The position numbers and the translations under genes were made by a program. Positions 24,601 through 36,000 of a stretch of DNA of 64,000 nucleotides are shown in pieces. This DNA is from Yuukianura sp. NJ FZ-2021 (taxonomy: Eukaryota). How positions within the stretch are numbered: position 1 is the stretch's first letter; the number at the start of each line of letters is the position of its first letter. The stretch lies in NCBI GenBank assembly GCA_046563655.1, contig CM102286.1, positions 1,240,001 through 1,304,000 on the forward strand, written 5' to 3'. The notes beneath the pieces are model-generated. The model was not told the DNA's origin and searched no databases. It saw only the letters and a program-made list of their open reading frames with translations.

Positions 24601-27376
24601 AATACGTCGATTGTTACTTTAATTTTGCAATCAAGGTACCTGATAATACTTTGTTTTATATTTGTACTCAAGGTAAGGAACAAAGTCCTCCGGATGAATT
24701 TCTTGGTAGTTTCCTGCAAGAAAATTCAGAGCCGTAATTAAAGCTTCACTCCATCCAGTTATCCTGTGGAACCACGGATTGAGTCCCGCCGAACCACTAA
24801 GGGCCCACTTCTGTACAGTCTTCTCCAAACACGAGTAAGTCATCCTATGGTTCTGAGTTGAACAAAGGACTTCACGAATCAGTGCAAAGAAACTGGAGTA
24901 TTGCTTCTCCTCTGACAACATCACTCTGAAATATCCAAGCACAAGAATTTAGTAACTGATTGGCATAATTTACATAATCAGAAAAGTAATCTGATCTTAC
25001 TCAAAGTCGCACAGTCCATCCACGAGATCCAAGTCAAATACGTCCAGATCATCACCCAAGTTAGGAATTGAGTCAAATGCATTTCCATCCAACACCGGCA
25101 GATCAATCTTATCCTCCAACTTATCTCCTGACACGTCCAGTCCCAAGTTCAAACTCAAACTTAGATCGCTCAGAGTCATCGGTAACGGAGATAACGAAAG
25201 TGCCCGCGGTTTGTTCACTCCTCTTCCAACAGCTGACATTGCCAATCCTCCAAAACTCGTAGATGCCGTATCAGCTGTTGCCACCGTGAAATGAGTACCG
25301 CCAGTTCTTGCTCCCTGGTGCATAAACGTCGGAGTTCCGTTCACAGTGACAGTGCCAGGCTGAGTCGCAATAACTGCCGGAGTTGTATTTAGATTTGATA
25401 ATCCCCCGATACTTGAACTCGAACCGTTCCGAAACGATCGTACTTTTGAGTTTTGCTGATGATTGAGTTGATGATGGTGTTGAGCTAAGGTGGATAGAGT
25501 AATTGGATTTAGCTTATTAGTAGTTCCTAAATGGTTCTGTGCTGTTGCAAACATGACTTTAGAAGGTCCTAGTTGAGAAGATACTGTTGATGCTGTCGTA
25601 GTTGAGGATAAGGAATGTGTTGAATTTTGAACAAATGTGTTAGAGGTTGGTGCAACTTTCCCGCCAGATTCTGCTGGTGATCGTAGAAATTTATTGCTTT
25701 GTGGAGTGACCAGTGTGGGAGTTGCGGTGATAATGGCCTTGGAGTTGGTCACTTTGACGTTGACATGGAACGACTCTGCATTTGATTTCGGGGGATTCGT
25801 TTGAGAGTTTACTTTTGACAACGTTCGTTTTTTCGACGTTGTGATTTTGTTATTTGTCTGATGATTCCTTGGTGTGGTGTAAGTAGATCCTTTCGTATTG
25901 ACAACTTTTTGATGTGGAGGTTTATTGCTAGTGGGAAGCATTGTCGAGAAGAATCCAATCGTGGGTTCGATTGCTTCAAATTCGTCGTCACCTGAAGACG
26001 TTTCTTCTTCCATTTTGAGAGCATGTGGTAACTCTTTCGCTAAATTATTAGTATTGTGCATGATAGGTCTAACGGAACTAACTGTTGAAGAACTTGATTT
26101 GTCAACGGCTGTCACTATAGGAGCTTGAAGTTGTGATGCCAGAATGGGTGATGCTTTTAGGACATGCCTTTGCATTACTTGCTGAGAGATCAGAGGAGTC
26201 GTACTGGAAGTTACCGTGGTTTGAGCTTCCTGAATCAGAGGTGTTTTGTTCTCAAAATGATTTGAAATCACTTGATGTTTAGGAGGATGACAGAGACCGG
26301 ACGAGGGACTTTGAGTGACATTGATGACACCAATCAGAGATGGCGGAATGACGGATGGAAACTTGGCCATTTGAATTGACGTTTGAGGCGGAGCGACACT
26401 GATGGGCTGGATGCCAGTTCGAAGTTGACTTAATCCGAAGTTGTGTTGCGGCTGATCAGTTTCCGTCTTCAAATTATTTGCAGTCTCATTGATTGGAGTG
26501 GGTTTCGGGCTAATACCTTTTTTCGGTTTTCTTCTCGATTTTTTCTGAGCTGCTCTCACACAAAAACAAAATTGAACTTTCAACACAAAACACAAAAAGT
26601 GAATCTAAAAACCATACCTGGCGGTTCGTCGGCTTGCGATGTCACGACTGAAGCGACAGGAGGAAATGCTTGACTCATTGCCTGAATCTCATTATGAAGT
26701 CTTTTGGCAACTTTCTGACGTAAAGGAGACGGCTTGGAAGTACTCGGCTTCTTCTTTGCAGTCGTCTGTGGAGGTTTTGGAGATTCTTGTTTCTGTATCT
26801 TGGAATTTTTACAAGATTTGGCTTTTGGAGTCTTTTGAGCCTTAGATGATGTTTTATCACTTAACTTCTGGAGACATGCCTGGCTGGATACTATAACGTC
26901 TTGCATGAACTTGGTATGATAATGCTGCATCCTTTCTTGTAAATCCCGTCTCCAAATGCGGTTCATTTTGGCCTGAAACTCCCGCACCCCAGGGTCGTAT
27001 CCACCATTATTAAGCTCAGTGAAGAAAATATCAAGTGGTGTTCTGTTAAAGCGCTGCAATGTTCCCGAAATCAAGTCTTCTATTGTCGAAACGGCTGCAC
27101 CGGGAGTTGACAGGACTTCAGCTGGGAGCATTTTCTGTAACATATGAAAGTAACACCTTAGCACAATAAGCTTAAGTCGATGACATTACATTGACATGAT
27201 ATTGACAGTCGACATACCATAATTCTGTCTTTCTGATCTGGTCTCAACACAGTGTTCCACGTATCCAAGGAGAAGATATGGTTGAAAATTGTACGATCTG
27301 TACAAATATCCGACGGAAGCCAAACGTGACTACTTCCGGCTTGAACGTTCTCAGACTCTGGTTCTTCATTCATCAT
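21609..27376 (-). CDS. NFRKB: Nuclear factor related to kappa-B-binding protein (INO80 complex subunit G), multi-exon
   Basis: DEUBAD-like N-terminus (IFSLDTWNTVL); SFFALIRE; RFDNPHKAFTY...VVGPVKG...ARGHSLL..DRPPYVTILAL; VRDSVARLPNGEGTRSEIC...SGALDRLHYERDPCV; S/T/P-rich C-terminus; stop at 21609. Confidence 0.9.
22830..22990. repeat. ~15-bp minisatellite (atatatccttatctc-like) in an NFRKB intron
   Basis: About 10 imperfect copies of atatatccttatct/ataaccttatct. Confidence 0.85.
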
Positions 27377-29130
27377 CCCTTTAATCAAGCTGCGACGTAC
27401 GCCTTTCCCAATGTAAATCAGATTGAGCTTAGTAACCAGTCATTGGTAGCCAAGTTGGCACTACATCAGACGTATTGTGGAACCTGCAACAGAAAATACA
27501 AATTGACTGTCAAACTCTGGTCAAAGGTCACGTAATATTAGATGTAAATTGGATCAGTTTCGTTCCGGCAATCGTGAAATCCGATTACTGGAATATCGCA
27601 GTCTCCGATTATCGGAAAAGAAACGATTTCAGCAGTTGACAGACAATTGACAATAATTTTAGATTGACAGATAGACCTTTCTTGGTTGATTTTTCCAGTT
27701 TTTAGGCTCAATTCTTACCGTCCATTGCAAAAAACACTCGTGAGTCAAGAGCGACGAGTAACGCACAAATCGTGACCTTTGACACTTACTAAGTTCATTA
27801 GGTACAAATCTAATTAAATTAGTAAATTGTTTAGTAAAATCCGTTGGTTTTGTATTGTTTACAAATAAATTTAAACTTTTGTGTCATTGAAACTCCCACC
27901 GGAGCAAACAACAGTACATTTCCTGCTCCAGAGATGGCGAATCGCTGTGCATCCTTAACGTTACAAACGCCAGTTCCTGACTTAATCTAACTCCTTAGTA
28001 ATTGCTAGTTAACGAATAACAACTAATTCTTATTCAATTTTGAACACCAGATACTGCTATTACTGCATCAAATGAAGGTCACGGTGTATCAGCCGTTAAT
28101 TTTCAAATAATTGCAAATTGCAACTTTTTCCTGGAGCGAAAAGTAGTTTTTGTTACTTTACAATTTCTCCACGTCTGTCTGTCTGTCTGTCAGCATGACG
28201 CTATACGCAGGAACCGATTTTTATTCTGTCTTGCATTCAACACACGACGCTACTTAGATACATAAGGCGTTTATTACTTGATTGACTTGTGAATGTGATG
28301 GAGGTTATCCAGTACCTCATGGTTTCCAAAAATCTTACTCCAAACAAATTTCTGCACCAATTCTGCACCAATCCCATTTGCATCACATGCAAAAAATTAC
28401 CATGGAAAGTCAAAATTTTTTGTTCAAACAAATTTTAAAAGTTCCAGTTTAATACTTGATTGACTTGAGCTTGTGATTAACTTTAATGTTGTTAAAAGTT
28501 AAACTTGATCATTCAGTGTCCACGGTCAAACCATATTGTTTGACATTGAGAGTGAGGAGGACTTTGACCTGAGGTCAGATGTGGTCCAGACTTAACGTCT
28601 GTCCTACTCGTGTAATTATAAAAAAGTGTATTTATCAATCACCCTTATGTGTCACTGATAAAGCATCGCTCATCGCATCCAGTCCACAAGTACGCTGGTG
28701 CTCTCCAAAGTCCAAGTTCAGCTCTCGACTGATCTAATTCTCGTGTCAAATCAACGTGTAAAAGCGTCTCATGCCACTGTCAAGTATAATGAACATCAGA
28801 CTGACTGTGCAAAACACTCAAATTAACACTTTTAGCAGAGTTTTATAATCAAGAGTTTCTCTATTTACATTTTAGTAAAGTCTAAAAAGCATAGAACACT
28901 TGAGACAAAATTGACAAAAAATCTCTCTGACGAATTTATTGTCCGTGACCTGCGACCTTCTCCAGTGAGTGAAAAATTTTAAGCTAAATTTTGTGGAATT
29001 GGTAATGGGCAAGGACATGTTACTCAATAGTAGTTGCATTTCCAAATTGCGATTAAAATCTAGCAGTGGTCGTGTGCACTTAAAGTTCAGTTAAGAATAT
29101 TTTTAAGCTATAGTGAACAATTTGTGTTAA

Positions 29131-31053
29131 ATGGAAGGTGCGCCAACTTTTTACAAAGTGAGTCATCTTTTTTAATAGTTTGAAAACGTGCGAAGGCTGT
29201 TCTGGAAATTCTAATTTCATCTATAAGTTTTTTGTGAAATTATTTGAGTTGTTGCTTTGGAAATCAAAGTCATTGCTTTGATTATCAGTTTTTTTTGAAT
29301 CACTGTCTACAGTTTGAAATTTTGAAAACTAAGCGCCCGGAACTTTTTCTTTTGAATTTCCCGCCTAAAATGGCTCCACCAGAGGAATGGGTGACACCGT
29401 TCGTATTTTACCTCAACATCATCCTGTACAGTATTCGACGTCTCCTGCGCATGCTCTACGATGTTATTTTTCATTCCAAGAAGTTCAAAAATGAAAACAA
29501 AATTCAAATGCGTCCAAAGTGTCTTTCAGCCCCAGAAAATGGAATTCAGCAATATGCTAAACTACATGTAGGAAACGAGTTTTCACAAAAATTTCAAATT
29601 TTGGTGCCAATTTTACGCAACTTCTTTTTTCTTCTAGAGAACGAAATTGCATTATGTTGAGAGAGGATCTCCGAGTCAGCCTCTTCTGCTTCTGCTCCAT
29701 GGTTTCCCAGAATTTTGGTACTCGTGGAGGTACCAACTTCGGTCGTTGTCCGAAAACTTTTGGGTTGTAGCAGTTGACCTCAAAGGGTTTGGAGATTCGG
29801 ACAAACCAAAATATCGGTCAGAGTACGACATTCCTGTGCTGGTTGATGAGATTCGTGGTTTACTTACCGCCATTGGCACAGGTAATACAACAATAACTAA
29901 ATTTTGACAAAGATTTTTTTAAATTTTTGACTTTTTTGAAAATTGGGTTCAAAATTTTTTAGGGGACAGAAAATGTACAATTGTGTCACACGGACTTGGA
30001 GGCCTTGTGGCTTGGCACTTCCTCAACGAGCATCCAGATTTGATTGAAAATTTTATTTCAATTGCCAGTCCCCATCCAGTGTCGTTTCTGCAAGAACTCA
30101 ATGCTGGTAGAGTCGGTTGTAAAAAGTAAGCTAAAAAATTCCAAAATTTTGAAAAAAGAAAATTTGTAAAATTTTTTAAACGTAGGTTTCTAACATTTTA
30201 ATCTACTTTGCAGTTGGTATTACTCTACACCGCTTCCCTTCGTTCCAGAAAAAGACTGCTTAAAACAAGACCTCAAAATTTTTGATACCGTGTTTCGCGA
30301 CTTTTTGAAACAAAGAAACAGAAATATGTCTCTGCAAGATCTGCAGGCATACAAGTACACATTCTCAAGATATGGTAACTTTTTTTCAATTTTGAAATTG
30401 AATTTTTTTTGAAATTTTTGAAATGAGGGTTATGACCTTTGACCTTTGGTTTGCAGAAGACTGGATTGGTCCACTCAACTACTTCAGAACTTTACTTCTG
30501 CGCCAATCAAAATACTCCAAAAAGTTCAGAAAGTCAAACGTTCCTGTTTACTTTATTGTGGGAAACAAAGATCCATACTGTACATTAGAAATGATTTGCA
30601 AATCATCAGAGTACGTTGAAAATTTTACTCTGAAAATCGTTGAAGATGCGGGACACTACGTTAACCAAGAAATGCCCAACTATGTCAACAGTCTCATTGA
30701 AAACTTTATGAAAAGTGAGTCCAACTTTTAAAATTTTGAAAATTTGAATTCAGTTTTCCACACCAAAATTTTAAAATTTGGAAATAATTTCTAGGAGGAC
30801 AAAATGATGGGTTTGGTAATGGCGATGAGCATCCAGACAAATCAATTCTTCGGAAAGTTTTTGGTGCTGGAAGGAACGTGATGACCTCAACGGTAAATTA
30901 TGGAAATCATGTAGGTTTTGCTGTCAAATTTCAAAATTTGACCTAGGTCAAATTCAAAATTTCAATTTTTTTTTTAAATTTCAGTTTCTAGGAATCGAAC
31001 CCAAGTCACACTTACTACTCAACGCTACTTCAAAAGATGCTGGCAGCAGTTAG
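29131..31053 (+). CDS. Epoxide hydrolase 3/4-like alpha/beta hydrolase with nucleophile Asp replaced by Gly
   Basis: LLLLHGFPEFWYSWRYQL, VAVDLKGFGDSDKP, nucleophile elbow SHGLGG, GPLNYFR, GNKDPY, AGHYVNQEMP. The start at 29131 is inferred from a short exon ending aaa|gtgagt; stop at 31051-31053. Confidence 0.85.
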
Positions 31054-31203
31054 TTTGAAAAAAAAAGTATAGCGAATTATAATAAACTCGAACCAACAAT
31101 ACTCACAAAAATTCGACTGATTGAAAATTTAAGAAAAATTAGCTTACTTAGTTATTTCGAAACATGTAATTTCGAGTTAAATATTTAGTAATTACTCCAG
31201 TAA

Positions 31204-32326
31204 TTAAGTAATTACGAAATTTTTATTTAAATCTCCAGTATCATCCTCCAGTTGAAGTTCACTCAAACATTTTTGACATTGACAGTCAAAGTAAAACGAT
31301 TCTTGCAAGTACTTTCTTCTTTCAGAAACAGAATTTGTTGAACTATTTGTATAGTTGATTGTAATTTGTTGACCTTGTTGAATTGACCTTGTTGCAACAA
31401 TTCTCATGTAAGTAATTGTTTTTGTGAATCCATTCAATGTGATTTGTTCATCCAAAATTTCCTGTTTGGCATTTGGATCACAGTCGTGGTTAAGGAGCGT
31501 CACTTCTTCAAAAAGCAAAGACGAATTTGATCTGCAATTCAAAATTTCAACACTTTCAAAAAAAAAAGTTCACAATTTTGGATTTTTTTGATTGTTCTAA
31601 CCTTTCCATGTCATCCATACCCCAGAATGCATTCACAGCACAAATTCCTGTAACTTTTTCAATAATTTCCTGTTCGAAAGTTTTTTGAAGTTGACACTTT
31701 TCTTGAACAAAGTTTCGAACAAATTTTGTTAGTTCGTTTGCAGTTGGTGAAAGTCTCCTTTCTTTACAGTGAGATTCGAATTCCATAATTTTGGACCATT
31801 TTTCGAAATTTGTTTCCCGTAAAAGTAGAACTCGAAGAACCTCAATTGCTGAGTAATGGAAAATGTTTAGATTTTTTGGCAAAGTGTTGAGCGATTTTAC
31901 AAAAATTTTGCACTCCTGGTCCGCATGCACTGTATCCTGTTGAAGCAACAAAAAACCTAAAAATTTCAAATTCAAAAACTTTTCGAAAATTTTGATTTGA
32001 AAAATTTTGCTTACAGATTGACATGAACCATTTTCGCAAATTGGCCAACCGCACTTGCTACACTGGGAAACTGTGGAAGGTTTTGCACAAGCCAAACAAA
32101 ATGGAAGATCCTCAGAATTTCCATACGGAGTTGAACTGAGTGGAAATTCTTCAATGAGAATTTCACCTTTTTCAATAAACTTTGAAGCGATAACAAAATT
32201 TCCAAAATTTGAACTCTTCCAAATTTCTCCAAAATTTCCCCACTTTCTTCCAGTTGAAACGGAAGATAAGTCAGTTGACCCTGGTAGAAAACCGGTTGAA
32301 TTTTCGACAAACATTTTACGTTCCAT
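31204..32326 (-). CDS. SMYD-family (SET and MYND domain) lysine methyltransferase-like protein
   Basis: Split SET start (GNFVIASKFIEKGEILIEEFP); MYND-like CLAC..CSKC..PIC...C..H...EC; VNAF; LLNHDCDPN; ITINY...ERRKYLQESFYFDCQCQKC; two short introns. Confidence 0.85.
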
Positions 32327-33058
32327 TTTACTCAAATTTCCCACAGAAACTACAAAATTGTAACCAGACAATTTTTTTTAACTTTTTCAAAACGTGGATT
32401 CTGCACGCAAAAATGGGCAAGATTTGAATTCAGAGAAGCAAAACTCCTTCTAAATTCTAAATATAGATTTTTTTTACTGTTGAATTTTGAATGAGTTCCA
32501 AAAAATTCTGCAAAACGAAGCTAGTTGTTAGTTCTCCAGTGTCATAAATGTATTGAACAAAATTCAGCAATTTCTGAAAAAAATACTCTTTTTAGCAAGT
32601 ATTTAATTTTCCTGTTGCATATAATGAAACTCACGGTTTAACTAATTGTAAAAACGATAGGATGTGTTGTAATATTTCATAAAGGTTAGGTTAGGCTTGC
32701 TTAACGAGAGTATTTAAACTGTAGAACGGAATTACAATTTATGCAACCAAAAGCAGTAAAACTAAAATGAGCAATAAAAACGTTTGTTAACTTGGACGTC
32801 GCGTGCCTAAATGTTGGCAGACAAACTCAAAAATTCTGACATTTTATAAAATTCTCTTTGTTTCGGACTTTCTGCCAATTATCAGAAATTTTATAAGCAA
32901 TTTAGCTTTGTTCGTGACAATTTTTTAGTCGCCTGGAAATATCACTTTGTGATCATGCATTGAGCTATAAACAACTTAAATCTAACTGCTTTGAATTTCA
33001 ATTTACTAACTAATATTCTTTCACAAAGTTTTTGTTTAATTTTGAAGAAAAAACAAAA

Positions 33059-36000
33059 ATGTTGTCTGTTAACTGCCTTAAGCCGTTTTACTTTTTAGTT
33101 TATTTTGGAAATTTAATTCACCTCTTACCATTTAACTACAATCGCAAAACTGGAAAAATTTACATTTCCTCAACTGGCTCAAAATTTAGTCGCTTGCTAC
33201 CATTTTGTCTGATGCGATTTGCTGTAATGGGTGTTACATATATTGTTTCTAGTTTCTTTTGCCATGTATTTTTTGATCCATTGGCTACAGCTACCGACGT
33301 CGTTACCGTAATCACTTTTAACACTGCTGTATTGGCAACATTTCCGCTGTACTACACGGTGGGTACAAATTACAATCTGGTTCCCATACATTTCGATGGA
33401 ATACTATACTTTGACGCACTGGAGAGTAAGACGCACTATATTATATGCTAATAATTATATTATATTATATGTTAATAGTATATTACATAATATATTAAAG
33501 GATTTATTTTACTGGAATTCTGTATTCCTAGGAAGAATATGTGCACAGCCATGCTCTTCATCCAAAGACAAAACTTTTGAATTCTTGTCCATTCTTCTTT
33601 TTGGTACAGCCGTTTCCATGGTGATATTGTGTTGGCCAGCAGGTATCGGTGCCATACACTACAATTTTCCAGGATTCAGATACTTTAACACTGGCTGTAT
33701 TTGGATAACAATGCTCAATGTGACTGGGTTCACTGTAATACTCACAGCAAATGTCACGGTGGGATACACTGTAGCTTATATTGCCATTTTGCATATATTT
33801 GCTACTATAACATTTCAGGAAAGCGTAGCGAATCAACGGTAACATTATTAACTCTGCAGTATAACAATAATACACATAAATTTAAATTGAAAATTACACA
33901 GCAGTATGCTTTTAGTTGTCGCTCACTGTACAGTGAGCAAGGCTGCTATAGCAACGAAATTGTTTTGCTTTAAGAGGTTTGGCAATAAGTCCAGTTTACG
34001 AAAAAATTCGCTCCAAACAATTTTTCCCTCCAATCCCATTTGATTGCATATAAATCATTACCATAGGAAGGCACGGGGAACCAAGTTTTGCTAATTTTTA
34101 AACAAAATTTAAAACGCTTGAGTTATTGCCTAACCTGTTGAAGGAAAAACTATTTTCTTGTTTTTTCCGGACGAAACTCAATTTCGTCCATCTGAAACTG
34201 GATTTCATCCGGATTTATCCATTTATCCAGTGGATATATCTTGGACGAAATGCTCAAAAAGTGGATATCCACCAACACAGTGATTAAATACAACAGAAAT
34301 AACATTAATGTTCTTTCTATCTTGTTCCTACACAACCAATTCTACAAAATACACATCATTTACAGGCTTCTTTAAAATTTTTACAAGCAAAATTCGAATA
34401 TTTCTTGCGTAATTTCAATGAGAGGTTAGTAAAAAATAATAAGCTTTTTGGAAAAAAAGAATTAATACACCGTCCCTAATAGTACACCAGGTCTCTAATA
34501 GTACACCACCCCCAGAAGTCGAAAACAAAATTAGTACACCAGGTGTATTATTTGGGAAAATACGGTAAGTTAGTTATAGAAATCATAGAGCGTATAGAAT
34601 TCAACGATTGACGACACCAATCGCCATAAATTCTATAATTTTGTTGGCGTCTGCTGCGTAGGCTTAGTAGCCATAAGATTATATCTTATTGAGATTGTAG
34701 AGAGATGCGGCGAGTGGAGTCGCGGGAGATTTGAGATGCGGTGTGGTAGAGAGAGAGATGAGCATTGTATATAGAGTTCAGTCGGTTTCCGGTTTTTGTA
34801 GAGATCGGAGGGAGATCCAGTATGTTTTAGTTTCATCAGTTGTATATTTTTCAGTTCCATCGATTCAATAAATATATACATATATTTATTATTCATCGAT
34901 GGTGGTTTTCCAGTTGTGGTGATTTTCAGTTGTCATTGGGATCTGGAGTCTGCAGACTCAGAGGAGTAGTCTGGTGGAGTGTTTTTCAGTTGTTTAGCGT
35001 CGTAGGGCGTTACACATGGCGACCGTTTGTGTACAGATCCAGTGACCTGGAGGTCACCAGAGGCCAAAGAAGATACAGTGAGTGAAATTTGTTAAAAAAT
35101 TGTGCCTAAAACAGTGTGTTGTACATAAAATCATCTCAGGAGAGTCGCTAACAGCGGCTTTCGCCCATTTATTCATCTGGGAGTCACTAACAGTGGCCTC
35201 CGCTCATGTCAAAGGTCACGAATGACCACGAATCAGTGAAATTTGTGCAGTTCCGAGATAAAGAAGTGACTAATTTGTACCATTTTGGTACCGAAGACGG
35301 ATCTAGTTTTTGCTGCGGCAGAACATTCCATTCATTGTGTAATTCGCCTTAGTGTGCGTGGTTAGTGAATCAGTGCCGTCTCCTGCGGGTGATTGGGCCA
35401 TGGCAACTTACACACAAGCAGATGTAGATAAAATTGTTGCTGCTGCGGTAGCCAAAGCCATGAAAGGCGTGGAGGAAAAAATAGTGCAAAAAGTGTCTAT
35501 GGGAGTCGCTGCTGCGGCCTCCGTTAAAAGTGAAGGTGCAAGTTCAACAGAGGCGCTCATTACGGCCCTGAAAAATGTTAAGTTCACCTCGTTGTCATCT
35601 AAATTGCCAGTTCCAAAATTCGACACCAGGCGGATGTCAGCGGAGGGATACATTCGTGACGTGGAGCGTTATTTTTCTGCACAAGGGCATGCAGAGTCAC
35701 AGTTTCTGTATTTAGTGAAAACAGTTTTGCCGGTTGAAGCACAGCCATGGTTGGAGCATGTGCTCATCAGTGTTAGTGAGTGGAGTGATTTCAAAGAAGC
35801 TTTTGTCAAACGTTATGACAATTGGATTGATGTGGCAGAGCGGACTAGACTCTTGCACACACGAAGACAAAAACTGGATGAACCAGTTGAACAGTTTATT
35901 TATGAAATGGTGAAAAGTGCAAAGTTGATTTATCCTAACGAAGCAGAGGCTGATTCAGTGCTTAGGGCAAGGCTTGCTCTATATCCTAGGCTTGGTATAG

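Noticed and set aside
34633..35085. ORFs within the LTRs (duplicated at 37916-38329)
   Set aside because: Chance ORFs, duplicated only because the LTR is duplicated
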